Source of the DNA: Eledone cirrhosa
Lineage: Eukaryota
Direction of reading: 5' to 3'
Length of the DNA stretch: 64,000 nt
Assembly: GCA_964016885.1 (NCBI GenBank)
Contig: OZ024760.1
Location: 10,974,001 to 11,038,000 of the forward strand
Positions 27,220 to 39,585 of the stretch are shown piece after piece; position 1 is the stretch's first letter; each line of letters opens with the position of its first letter. The position numbers were made by a program, and so were the translations under genes. Below the pieces are notes generated by a model that saw only the letters and a list, made by a program, of their open reading frames with translations, ran no database searches and had not been told where the DNA came from.

Positions 27220-27617
27220 AATAAAAATGAAAATTGAAACAATGAAAAGTTCCCCAATAGGGGGGAAACCTCCGAGGGTTACCCGTGGCGAAAACAACAC
27301 AAAGACCACGGGCACCCTGACCACCAGGGCAAGCGCCCTCTCTCAATTTTTCCCATTTCTCAAACTACAAACGTATATTCAGAGCGGTCCCGTCCACTCG
27401 GACCATTCTCGCTACATTCACCCACCTTTCAACAAACTTGCTAGAGGGCAGCACTTGCCTCTCCACCCTGATTTTCCTCTTCAAGTGAAACTTGAAAAAG
27501 TTAATTAGGGATTCGCCGAAGAGGAAAGTGTTTAACCCTTTCCACCTTGTCCACCACACCATCTCTTTCGCCATGGCCACCAGGCAGGTGAAAACCGCCT
27601 GCCCTTCCTCCTCGATT
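26728..27617 (-). mobile_element. 5'-truncated Tx1-clade LINE (sister family), 3' UTR interrupted by a family D element
   Basis: ORF end [42 protein letters not shown] is homologous to the ORF2 C-terminus; 3' end GCCCTTGTGGCCAATAAAGAAAT runs into (ATT)n. Confidence 0.85.
26914..27176 (+). mobile_element. Family D hammerhead element nested at a TA tract
   Basis: GTCA-CTGAAGA-G-GTCACA/TGTGAC-GAAA-GAAC-TT-TGAC at 26979-27021; near-identical to 38226-38680. Confidence 0.75.
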
Positions 27618-27731
27618 TTAATATTAATAGTATTAGTAGTAATACTAATAATTGTTTGTAATATACAAAAAATAATATAATAATGTATGTATGTATATAT
27701 GTCTGTATATATGTATTCATGCATATGTGTG

Positions 27732-27800
<69 letters not shown>

Positions 27801-27802
<2 letters not shown>

Positions 27803-27990
27803 CGAAGGAGATGTGGTAAGGAACCAGGTGGACCATAACGCACCAAAGTACTAAATACTTAGGGTAGTAGAGTGGGTAATAGGAACGAGTAGGAGCCCGA
27901 CGGTTGAGCTCAAGCCGTTTCGACGGCTAATTCTGGTCCAGAATTAGCCGTCGAAACAGCTTGAGCTCAGCCGTCGGGGTCCTACTCGTT

Positions 27991-27994
<4 letters not shown>
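27801..27994 (-). mobile_element. Family E palindromic element
   Basis: Same tail and arms as 20793-21021; (TA)n on both sides. Confidence 0.85.
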
Positions 27995-28030
<36 letters not shown>

Positions 28031-28090
28031 CGCACATACCTTTATGTATGCATACATGTATATATGAATTTATCTAACTATCTATCTATC

Positions 28091-31000
28091 GATCATCTAG
28101 ATCGTACCTAGATAGATTTTTAGTTAGAAATAAGGACAGGGACTTTTTAAGTTGTCCAGAAATGCTCATGGTTGGCTATTCAGACCACAAGTTGGTGACC
28201 TGCATGGTCAACCTTGATAGAACGCATAGACAGGGCCCCGGTTACTGGAAGCTCAACTTGTCCTTGCCGGCAAGTAGAGCCTACAGGAATCGGATTAGTA
28301 CGTTAGTTAAGGAACGGTTGACTGGAGCGATCGTCAACAGCAGGTGGTGGGTATCTCTAAAGAGAGAGATTAGAGTAGTCTCGATTGAATTTAGTAAGGT
28401 TCTAGCTGCGGATAGGAATAGGAAGGAAAGGGAGCTAATAGATAGAGTAGAAGAGGCAATTAGAAGCGGCGACGTGGCCAGAGTGCTAGCGTCGAGAACG
28501 GCTTTGAGCCAGTTTTTCGACGCGAAGCACGAAGGCTGCGTTGTCCGAAGTAAAATACGTGCTCTAGGGAACGAGGGGGCCAAAGCTGTTAGCTGGGCCC
28601 GCGTGACAGAGGCCAACAGTGGAACTAAATCCACCATCCGGTCTTTGCGAGACCTGGATGGACGGGCGATTCTTGAGCCTAAGCAGATGTGTGAGGCCTT
28701 TCAAAGGCACTTTGCCCGACTGTTCGGGAGGGGCGGGGAGCCGGTTGGAAACGTGGACTTCGGTCCATACCTCGACGGCCTGCCGCGCCTCTCGGACAGG
28801 GAGGCGAAGTCTTGCGAGGAGCCGATTTCGGCCGCTGAGATAGAGGACGTGCTGGGCCAATGCGGCAAACGCAAATCCCCGGGTCTCGATGGTCTTCCTT
28901 ACGAATTATATCTAGCTATGCCGGACTTGTTCCCCGATCTCCTCGAGGCGGTCTACTGCAACTGGCAACAGAACGGGAGAATTCCCTGTACTGTGACCAA
29001 GGGCGTAGTCACGCTAGTGAGGAAGGACGAGAACAAGGGGGACGAAATAAGTAACTTCAGGCCCATAACTCTGCTAAATACAGAGTTACAGATTTTGGCC
29101 AAGGTGCTAGCAAAGAGGTTGGCGCTTGTCGTGGGCAACCTGGTGGGAGATGCGCAGACATGCGCTATCCCGTCCAGGTCCATCCATGACAACCTCCACC
29201 TCATGCGATACATCATAGAGAGGGTTGGGAACGAACCCGGCTTTGGTGGGGCTCTGATCAACTTGGATCAATCAAAGGCGTTCGATAGGGTCGACCATGG
29301 TTACCTGGATGCGGTGCTAGCGGCGGCAGGCTTCGGACCCGTTTTCAGGGGCTGGATCACTGCTATGCACAGCAGCCGCATCTGCTCTAGGGTCAAGGTG
29401 AACGGCTACCTCTCGGAGCCGTTCAAAATCGCGCGGTCCATCCGACAAGGGTGCCCTCTCTCCTCCCTTCTGTATGTGTTGACTCTCGAGCCACTACTGC
29501 GGAAGTTGGAGTTGTTGCAGGGCATCCCTTTGGAACCGGGATTGCGGAAAGCGGTGTCAGCCTACGCCGATGATGTGACAGTAATGGTGTCGACGGCCTC
29601 CGAAATCGAGGCGGTCGGCACCTTACTGGAGGAGTACGAAAAGTTCACAGGGGCTAAGCTGAACCGGGACAAGTCAATCGGTTTGCAACTCGGCACGTGG
29701 AGGGGCAGACCGATGCCCTCTGATGGCGTCGTCGGACGCTGGACGGAGGGCCCGGTGAAGTTGCTCGGGGTCTGGTTCGGACCGGACCTCCAGGTGGAGA
29801 AAAACTGGGCGGAGGTTACGAACAGGGTGTTTGCACTGACCCAGAAGTGGGCCAATTGCAAACTATCCCTGAAAGGTCGGGCGGAGGTGGCGAACACTTA
29901 TATAGCGTCCGTCATCTACTACCGCCTGACCGTAGTGCCCTGCCCAAGGGAAACCCTCACCAAGATGGAGCGCGCGCTCTTCCAATTCCTTTGGAAGAGG
30001 CGGGCTCCTATGGTGAGGAGATCCATCTGCTGTCAACACCCTTCGAAAGGAGGGCTGGGGATGCCGTGGCTAATGATGCGTAAACACGCATTAAGGCTAC
30101 GGCACCTCTACGTATTCCTCACCGGACAACCGGTGTGGGCCTCGTTTGTGAGACGAACCTTTCCCAGACTCGTCTCACTCACCGAGCTGCAATCCTGGGT
30201 CAAGCAAAGACCGAGAAAACTGGGCGCCTGGCACACTGAGTGTGCCCAGGCGCTCACCGCCCTCTGGCAGGCGGATCCGGTTATCAGTGGAGACTCCACC
30301 GCAACATTCTATAGAGGGCTGGTACGCAGCAGGTGCGACGACGCCCTCGGAGAAGCCCTAGACATGGAGGAGGACGAACTGGCCAGCCTGTTCGGTAGGA
30401 CATTCAGCCCGGGACCTATGGACAACTTCCAGAAGTCCCTGGCCTGGCAGTGCTACCGAGGGGCTTTACCCGTTCGAGAAAGGCTCTACAGACACGGGCG
30501 CCCGGGTAGGGACCCCGCCAAAAAGATCTGTCCCAGATGCGTGTGCGACGAGGAAACCGTTGCACACGCATTGGTACACTGCTCGGGCGTAGCCGATCTG
30601 TGGGGCTATGTCGAACAACTGCTGTCAAGGGTGGGACCGATCCGGTTGACCACCGAGTCTATTGTAATGATCAAGCCGCCTCCCCCCTTCAAAGATGAAG
30701 CAGAGGCGGTGTTTCTGTGCGTAATAGCCATGGCGAAAGAGGTTGTATGGTGGACGCGTCTGAAAGGACTGAGGTCAGGCACCTTTCTCTCTGGCCAACA
30801 ACTGGTCCGTTTCTTCCGATATCATTTCGGAAGAAGGATCAGGATGGAGAGAGAGGTGCTGCACCCCAGTCGTTTTTATGAAAGGTGGGTGAAAGTGGCG
30901 AGAATGGCCCGTGTGAATGGGCCTTCTCTTTACATAAGCCTGTAGGTGGAAAAGAGGAAGGAACGAGGGAGCACCCCCTCTCTGTGCTCCTGAGGAAAAG

Positions 31001-31218
31001 GGTTGCACACTTTTTTCGGGGGTGTGTGCGACCCCCCAAGGCGCCTCCTCTCTATTGAGGATTTTGTTAAAAATTTTATTTTTTGTTATATCTTATTTTA
31101 TTTTTATATTTTGTTATTGCCTCCTCCTTATTGAGGACGCCTTTTTGTGTAAACTCCCCCCTTTGTACTTGTCCCACTTTTGATGCCCTAGTGGCAAATA
31201 AAAGAAACTTATCTATCT
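28091..31218 (+). mobile_element. 5'-truncated copy of the Tx1-clade LINE
   Basis: Colinear with 46343-49470 (offset 18252); flanked by TATC repeats on both sides. Confidence 0.95.
28162..30945 (+). pseudogene. Truncated LINE ORF2 (end of APE endonuclease, RT, C-terminal Zn finger), frame still open
   Basis: SDHK, KSPGLDG, FRPITLLN, LDQSKAFDRV, RQGCPLS, YADD, CPRC..ETVAHALVHC; most of the endonuclease domain is missing. Confidence 0.9.
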
Positions 31219-31553
31219 ATCTATTATACATTATTCAAAATGTTAATAAATGACAAATATTCTCATAATCAAAATATAAATTTTATTATACATATTTCAG
31301 AGGTACAATGGTGTTTTTAAGTACGTTCAGACAAAATATATGATTTGATATGTGACATACCGTTACGGTTTTGATTATTGAATTCCAGTATTAAAAACTC
31401 CAGGAAACTCCTTTGTTGAGTGCTTCTAATCTATTGTAATATTGTATTCGTTGAGTAATCAATGGACCATATTAATCTTTGGTTATATATATATATATAT
31501 ATAAAATAAAGTAAAATAAAAAGTCAAATGTTTAAAATTTAGCTTCGGTTATT

Positions 31554-31608
31554 ACTGCTATATATATTTCGGTGACAGCCATCTTTGGCTGTGACCTCTT
31601 CAGGTAGT
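31554..31608 (-). ncRNA. Type I hammerhead ribozyme
   Basis: ACTAC-CTGAAGA-GGT.ACAGCCA/TGGCTGT.ACC-GAAA-TATATA-TA-GCAGT; one mismatch in stem I. Confidence 0.8.
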
Positions 31609-31795
31609 CCGAATTAGTGTGGTATAGACAAGTACATATGTTGTTGAGGTGTATAACTTTGTCAATACTCTGATATGCCCAGTTCCTGGTTGGGTTGTTA
31701 TTTCACTGAGGAACTGGAATCATATGAATCAACTGCATACTGAGGTGTTGGTATACAACCAACATATACTCAAAATCTCTCTCTCTATATATAGA

Positions 31796-32120
31796 TAGTT
31801 ATGTAATAAACAACATAAGGCAATTATTTCATTTACCAGTGGTTTCTTAAAAGCAAAAAAATTTTGCTTTCAATCATCAGAATGAAAAAATCCTGGCGTA
31901 TTTATTGACTTTGAATTTTAAAAACAAAAATGCAATCCAAAGTCAATAAATACGCCAGGATTTTTTTCATTCTGATGATTGAAAGCAAAATTTTTTTGCT
32001 TTTAAGAAACCACTGGTAAATGAAATAATTGCCTTATGTTGTTTATTACATAACTATTAAGCTCTGTTACCTACATAGAGCACTCTTTTTTCCTGGACTT
32101 TTCCGACGGAATTACTTCAC
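31796..32120 (+). mobile_element. Family F-type element: ~120-bp inverted repeat carrying two hammerheads plus tail
   Basis: Arms ~31796-31912 / ~31938-32057; tail GCTCT..TAGAGCACT 32061-32084 then (TA)n. Confidence 0.85.
31965..32025 (+). ncRNA. Type I hammerhead ribozyme (mirror copy 31827-31887 on minus strand)
   Basis: TTTCATT-CTGATGA-TTGAAAGCAAA/TTTGCTTTTAA-GAAA-CC-ACT-GG-TA-AATGAAA. Confidence 0.8.
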
Positions 32121-32459
32121 ATATATATATATATATATAGATAGATAAAATAAAGTATCAGTAATGTACTGAGGTAGGGTTAATCAACTTCCCCCTCCCC
32201 CCAAATTAGAGGAATAGAACTTTGTCAATCTAAACCCTCTCCGTGGTCTGTATCTTTCATGGCATGGTCTGTACTGACAACTATCAAACCATCTAATTAT
32301 CTATCGGCTTTATTAGCCACGATATCTTCTACTTAATTATGTGTTCATATAATTAACTACTTTACAATCTAAACAAATGACGTCATTGAATCTCATCACT
32401 GGTTCTGCTCACGATTCATTTTAATGTTAAACAAATAGATTACTAATTAACAAATATAA

Positions 32460-33250
32460 CTGGAACTCCGTCGGTGGCGACGACGACGACGACGACAACG
32501 AGTGTACAAGGTGATACGATTAACGGAAAAGACTGCTCGTGAAATTAACGCTTAAGTGGCTGAGCATTCCATTAAACACGTGTACCTTTAACGTAATTGT
32601 CAGGGAGATTCAGCGTGGCACAGAATGGGACAAGGCTGATTAATTCGAATTATACGTACAACTGATTTTTGCCAGCTGAGTGGACTGGAGCAACGTGAAA
32701 TAAAGTGTCTTGTTCAAGGACACAGTGGACTGGAGCAACGTGTAATAAAGTGTCTTGCTCAAGGACAGTGGACTGGAGGAACGTGTAATAAAGTGTCTTG
32801 CTCAAGGACACAGTGGACTGGAGCAACGTGAAATAAAGTGTATTGCTCAAGGACACAGTGGACTGGAACAACGTGAAATAAAGTGTCTTGCTCAAGGACA
32901 CAGTGGACTGGAGCAACGTGAAATAAAGTGTCTTGTTCAAGGACACAGTGGACTGGAGCAACGTATAATAAAGTGTCTTGCTCAAGGACACAGTGGACTG
33001 GAGGAACGTGAAATAAAGTGTCTTGTTCAAGGACACAGTGGACTGGAGCAACGTGAAATAAAGTGTCTTGCTCAAGGACACAATGGACTGGAGCAACGTG
33101 AAATAAAGTGTCTTGCTCAAGGACACAGTGGACTGGAGCAACGTGAAATAAAGTGTCTTGTTCAAGGACACAATGTGCCGCCAGGAATCGAACTCACGGC
33201 CTTACGATTGTGAACTGAATACCCTAACCACAAAGCCACGTGACTTCACT
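32460..33250 (-). mobile_element. tRNA-derived CORE-like SINE with internal tandem amplification
   Basis: Minus strand TGTGGTTAGG (A box), GAGTTCGATTCC (B box), TGTGTCCTTGA(A/G)CAAGACACTT (CORE-like). Confidence 0.75.
32679..33172. repeat. 45-bp tandem repeat (~11 units) of the SINE core
   Basis: Unit CAGTGGACTGGAGCAACGTGAAATAAAGTGTCTTGCTCAAGGACA. Confidence 0.95.
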
Positions 33251-34848
33251 TCAATTAACAAATACCACCAATTAAATAGCTTGTTTACTAATCTAAGCAA
33301 GGCAATGGTTTGAAGAAGTCTTTAGAGAGAAGCAAGATGGATGGATTATTTGGCAGTGTTGCTTGCAAAGCTCTGAGTTGAAATCCTGTCCAGGGCAATT
33401 ATCGTACTTTCATTCATTCATTCATTCATTCATTAGAGGTCGATAAATAAAGTATACTTCTCCCCCCATTGTATCTATCCACCACCACCACCATTATCAC
33501 CCAATAACCATCTCCACTCCACCACCCACGCACCACCTGATCATCAACCCCACCACCACCACCACCTCTCCACCACCGCATCACTCCACCACCACCTCTC
33601 CACCACCTCTCCACCACCACCACCACCTCACCACCACCAGCTCTTTACCTCACCACCTCCACTCCACCACCCACGCACCACCTGATCACCAACCCCCACT
33701 ACCTCTCCACCACCGCATCACTCCACCACCACCACACCACTCCACCACCACCACCAGCTCCTCACCCCACCACCACCACTAGCTCCTCACCTCGCCACCT
33801 CCACTCCACCACGACTACCCACGCACCACCTGATCACCCCCCCTCCTTACTTCAAACACCTCTCCACTCCTCCCCCCCATCACACCTCATTACCACTACC
33901 ACCACCACTTCTCCACCATACACCTCTAGGCCATTACCGCCACCTGATCATCTCCCTCACACCTCTCCACCACTTCCCCGCACCCCCCGCACACCTCCCG
34001 CACACCACCACACCACCACCACCACCACCACCACCACCACACACCACCACCACCACACCACACACCACCACACCACCAATACTATCATATGAGATAAGTA
34101 CCGCTAATTAAAGCCATCTTCTCTGTGTTGACCTCGGGAGGTCAACATTATATTTTTCTGTCTCTTAACACTAACAATTCACTAATCACAACTGTGGAAT
34201 ATGTGTGTGTGTGGCTGGCTGTGTGTGTGTCTCTGTGTCTGTGTGTGTCTGTGGCTGAATGTGTCTCTGTGTGTGTGTGTGTGTGTGTCTGTGGCTGACT
34301 GTGTGTTTCTGTGTGTGGTTCTGTTTGTGTCTCTGTGTGTGTGTGTCTATCTGTGTGTGTGTCTGTGTGTCTGTGGCTGACTGTGTGTCTCTGTGTGTGT
34401 CTGTGTGTGGCTCTGTTTGTGTGTCTCTGTGTGTGTGTCTGTGTGTGTGTCTGTGTGTCTGTGGCTGACTGTGTATGTGTGTGTGTGGCTGGCTGTGTGT
34501 GTCTGTTTGTGTGTCTCTGTGTGTGTGTCTGTGTGTGTCTGGCTGTGTGTCTATATATGTGTGTGTGTGTCTGTCTGTGTGTGTCTGTAAGTGTCTGTAT
34601 GTGTCTGGCTGTGTGTGTCTATATATATATGTGTCTATATGTGTCTGTATGTCTATGTCTGGCTATATATATATATGTATTTGTATATTTGCATGTGTGT
34701 GTATTTGTGTATGTATATATATGTGTATATAATTTCTACTTAGATGATTATATTGACAGAAAAGTACATTTACACATATACACGTATGTATATAAGTGAA
34801 TTGAAACGTATATATATATATAAATATATAACTTTAGATATTTATGTC

Positions 34849-34881
<33 letters not shown>

Positions 34882-34986
34882 GTATTATATATATATAAAT
34901 ATATAACTTTAGATATTTATGTGTGTGTGTGTGTATATATATATATATGTATTATATATATATAAATATATAACTTTAGATATTTA

Positions 34987-35031
<45 letters not shown>

Positions 35032-35757
35032 TATATATATATAAATATATAACTTTAGATATTTATGTGTGTGTGTGTATATATATATATATCCATATAT
35101 ATATATGTCTATATATATATGTGTCTATATATATATATATGTCTCCATATATATATATGTCTCCATATATATATATGTCCATATATATATATATATATGA
35201 AAGTTTGAGACCGTCTTGTTAAATGAATAACTCCTGCTTACCTCCCTTCCCAACCACTCTTCCCTTCTACACGCGAAAGAGTGCGAAATGGTGTATTCAT
35301 AAGAACGACGCCTATATAAATGTATATATGATATGACTTGTGACACAATAAAAATGTAAATATGTGTGTATATAAACCCATTATTTATTTATCTCACAAG
35401 AAAAATTAATTAGAATTCCACATATACGTAAAATATGTAAAAAGTAAAATATATTTCAAACAATGTTTATAACACATTTTTTTGCCTATTAGCGTGTATT
35501 TTTAACAATATCAGTTCATATACTTTTATATCTATGCCTTTAAATGTTTAATTATTAATAAGAAATGGACGTTGTGGGTATGTGGGAACGTGACTGTGTT
35601 TAACGTTTATAAGACTAAGAAAATTCTGTCTGTTTAAATGGATGCTTCGTACTTACCTAACTAATATGCTTTTTTCGAAAGAACTTTTAGATTAAGAACT
35701 ATATTTACTGTTTTATATTAAGGACTGTGTATAGTCGAAAGTTAACGATGAATTGTC

Positions 35758-36418
35758 AGAGTGGTTAGAACGTCAGATATAATGGTAGAGTGGTTAGAAC
35801 GTCAGATAGAATGGTAGTGGTTAGAACGTCAGATAGAATGGTAGAGTGGTGTGAACGTCAGATAGAATGGTAGAGTGGTTAGAACGTCAGATAGAATGGT
35901 AGAGTGGTTAGAACGTCAGATAGAATGGTAGAGTGGTGTGAACGTCAGATAGAATGGTAGAGTGGTGTGAACGTCAGATAGAATGGTAGAGTGGTGTGAA
36001 CGTCAGATAGAATGGTAGAGTGGTTAGAACGTCAGATAGAATGGTAGAGTGGTTAGAACGTCAGATAGAATGGTAGAGTGGTTAGAACGTCAGATAGAAT
36101 GGTAGAGTGGTTAGAACGTCAGATAGAATGGTAGTCGTTAGAACGTCAGATAGAATGGTAGAGTGGTGTGAACGTCAGATAGAATGGTAGAGTGGTGTGA
36201 ACGTCAGATAGAATGGTAGAGTGGTTACCGCGTCAGATAGAATGGCAGAGTGGTGTGAACGTCAGATAGAATGGTAGAGTGGTTAGCGCGTCAGATAGAA
36301 TGGCAGAGTGGTGTGAACGTCAGATAGAATGGTAGAGTGGTTAGAACGTCAGATAGAATGGTAGAGTGGTTAGAACGTCAGATAGAATGGTAGAGTGGTT
36401 AGAACGTCAGATAGAATG
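35758..36418. repeat. 29-bp minisatellite (~22 units) from a SINE head
   Basis: Unit TGGTAGAGTGGT(TA/GT)GAACGTCAGATAGAA runs into a SINE body. Confidence 0.95.
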
Positions 36419-36542
36419 TTTTATGGTATAGGTTTCTAGTCTCTTCTCTCTCAGTTCAAATCTCACGGCGGACAACTTTACCTTTCATCAATTCGAAGTT
36501 GATAAAAAAAAGTACCAGTCAAGTACTGGGGTCGATTCTTCA
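36390..36542 (+). mobile_element. Diverged Meta-domain-like SINE
   Basis: GTTCAAATCTC B box, ACTTTACCTTTCATC..GTTGATAAAA..AGTACCAGTC..ACTGGGGTCGAT. Confidence 0.7.
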
Positions 36543-37010
36543 TCTATCTCGCGTTCTCAATCCCATCCTCTCTTCCTCTATATCTCTTTCTCACTTCCAT
36601 CCTCTCTTCCTCTTTTCCATCCTCTCTTCCTCTCTTCCGCTTTTCCATCCTCTCTTCCTCTCTATCTCTTTCCTCTTTTCCACCCTCTCTTCCTCTTTTC
36701 CATCCTCTCTTCCTCTTTTCCATCCTCTCTTCCTCTATATCTCTTTCCCTTTTCCACCCTCTCCTTCCTCTTTTCCATCCTCTCTTTCCTCTATATCTCT
36801 TTCCCACTTCCATCCTCTCTTCCTCTATCTCTTCCCCACTTCCATCCTCTCTTCCTCTATCTCTTTCCCCACTTCCATCCTCTCTTCCTCCCAATCTTTC
36901 TCTGGAAGAAATCGTCTGTATTCAGGTTTGAAAAATGCCCTCAGAAACGCTGCATGTCAATACGGCACCCCAACGACTCCCACATGATAGATAGATGGAT
37001 AGATAGATAG

Positions 37011-37054
37011 ATTTCTTTATTAGCCACAAGGGCGCAACAAGAAAGGGGACAATA
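37011..37054 (-). mobile_element. 44-bp 3' tip of a Tx1 sister family in a (GATA)n tract
   Basis: Reverse complement of ~49498-49541. Confidence 0.8.
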
Positions 37055-37407
37055 GATGGATAGATAGATAGATAGATATATACGTGGATAGATGGATAGA
37101 GAGATAGATATATACGTGGATAGAGAGACAGGCAGTTATAAAAGTACTTTTGACATTTATAATCACATAAAATCACCACAAAGCTAACACGTCTGTATGT
37201 TTCTCTGTACGTTTACAAATGTACATTTGTGTGTGTGTGTATATATATATATACACACACACACAAATGTACATTTGTGTGTGTGTGTGTATATATATAC
37301 ACACACACACAAAGTACATTTGTGTGTGCCTGTGTGTATATATATATAATTTATATAAAATTATATAAAATAAACAAAGAAGCCTTCAATACATCAAAAA
37401 TCTTTAT

Positions 37408-37455
37408 TTGCCCGACAGTGTTTCGTCCCATTAAACCAGGGACTCATCAGAGCAA
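37408..37455 (-). ncRNA. Minimal type I hammerhead ribozyme with GUC site
   Basis: TTGCT-CTGATGA-GTCCC/GGGAC-GAAA-CACTG-TC-GGGCAA, then AATAAA. Confidence 0.85.
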
Positions 37456-37760
37456 GGAAAAAGACAAGAGGTATTAACGGCCAGAACAGGCCAAAACTCA
37501 AAAGAACATGGAATGGATATTTATGAAAATTTGGGAGTATTATCATGGAAAGACATGCTAAACCTAATATGGCGCATATAATAAAATAAAATAACAGGAG
37601 GCTGGACTTGTGAAAAATCCTTGAAAGGTTTATTATACTATGATCATGACTTGAGGGCGAACCGGCTAAAGTGGAAGATGCTAGATGGTCGGTCGTCCTC
37701 GGGTCTATGATTTTCAGCCCCATGGATTTTATCTGTTACATTCATTTATTATATTTCGAA

Positions 37761-37816
37761 TACCTGATGATATCACCGGATTCATACAGAACCCGGTCAT
37801 TGAAATGATCATAGTA
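37761..37816 (+). ncRNA. Type I hammerhead ribozyme with palindromic stem III
   Basis: TAC-CTGATGA-..ACCGG/CCGGT..-GAAA-TGATCA-TA-GTA; inverted arm ~37585-37648; tail ACTCC..TTGAGTACT 37871-37933. Confidence 0.65.
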
Positions 37817-38030
37817 CAAACCTTTCAAGGATTTACACAAGTCCAGCCTCTTATTTTATTATAATATTTAACTCCGTACTCGCACCACCAACTACACAAA
37901 CGAAGACGGTTGAGCTGCTTTACGTTGAGTACTCTCCATATTATTACATCAAGATTGAACACACGGAAGGAATGACCAACTCTATCCAGTGGTGAACCCT
38001 TCAAATCTAAATATACATATATATATATAT

Positions 38031-38212
38031 ACGATATTAACAAATGGAAACTATATTTATAAAACCATATTTATTTCATTATACATATTTCAAGGACACC
38101 AAGTTAAATTATGGTGTGCTTTCATCAGATAAAATATAATATAGAGCAGTTTTATAAATAAATATTGACATACCCTTAAAGAATGCAACCATTACTGTTG
38201 GAAGCTTCCGGA
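38031..38212 (-). mobile_element. Family A hammerhead element, solo arm without tail
   Basis: TCATCAG 38122-38128; near identical to 53583-53770; TA tracts on both sides. Confidence 0.8.
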
Positions 38213-38225
38213 TATATATATATAT

Positions 38226-38680
38226 TGTTATATTGTTATACTTTGGGAGGGTCTTGTTGCCAATAAGAAACACACGCACCAGTTGCTTTCATTTCAATTT
38301 ATTGTAATAAATTTATAAATTTAGGAATTTATAATTTCCGGTTGGTTGGTTGGTTGGTTGGTTCCACAACCAGATGGTTGTTTATATATTGTCAAAGTTC
38401 TTTCGTCACACATTCTGTGACCTCTTCAGTGACTGGGGATTCTTTTCTTTGTTTTTTTGTGCCTCTCCTTTGTTCTGTCCTACGCCAACAAGATGGCATG
38501 GGACAGAACAAAGGAGAGGCACAAAAACAAAGAAAAGAATCCCATCTGGTTGTGGAACCAACCAACCAACCGGAAATTTATAAATTCCTAAATTTATAAA
38601 TTTATTATAATAAATTGAAGTGAAACAACTGGTGCGTGTGTTTCTTATTGGCAACATGACCCTCCCAAAGTATAAACAAT
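38226..38680. mobile_element. Family D inverted-repeat element; hammerhead 38391-38433 (-), core deleted in right arm
   Basis: Arms ~38236-38477 / ~38504-38675. Confidence 0.8.
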
Positions 38681-38739
38681 ATCGGTTTCAACACATGCTT
38701 TCAGATAAAGAATCTTGCTAAACAAATTCAGAAACGAAA

Positions 38740-38894
<155 letters not shown>

Positions 38895-39110
38895 ATATAT
38901 ATATACAAGGAAAAGAAATTGAGTCTTTTCAGAATGTTTATTTTAATTTACCAATTTCACAGTTCTTATGGTTTTCAAAGGTAAAATTAAGATGGAGGGT
39001 TTGTGTTTCTGTTGTGGTTTCTGCATATATATATATTGTGTGTGTATGGGTCGTTATATATATATACATATGTGTGTATATTGGGGTATATATATACATG
39101 TGTGTGTGGG

Positions 39111-39144
<34 letters not shown>

Positions 39145-39223
39145 ATACATATATATATATAATACATACATTTACTCACATACCAATCTGAATATTTATC
39201 TCAGTACATACATACATAGACAC

Positions 39224-39287
<64 letters not shown>

Positions 39288-39542
39288 TATATAGTTACAC
39301 ACACATGCATCCATACATATAGTTACACACGCATATATAGTTACACTCATACACACACATGCACCCATACACACACATATACACCCATACATCGATATAC
39401 ATATCGATCTATCTATCAATATATTTAAATATCTGTGTGTCAATTTATGTTTGCAATACTAATGGCTTATTTATAGGAATTGTTTGTTTGTGTCAGTTCT
39501 CTCATTCTCTCCCCTTACACAACCTCTCTCTCTCTCTCTCTT

Positions 39543-39585
<43 letters not shown>

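Noticed and set aside
28091-31218. Segmental duplication or assembly repeat of the LINE region
   Set aside because: Identity stops at the element 3' end and truncation point, flanks differ, and scattered substitutions are present.
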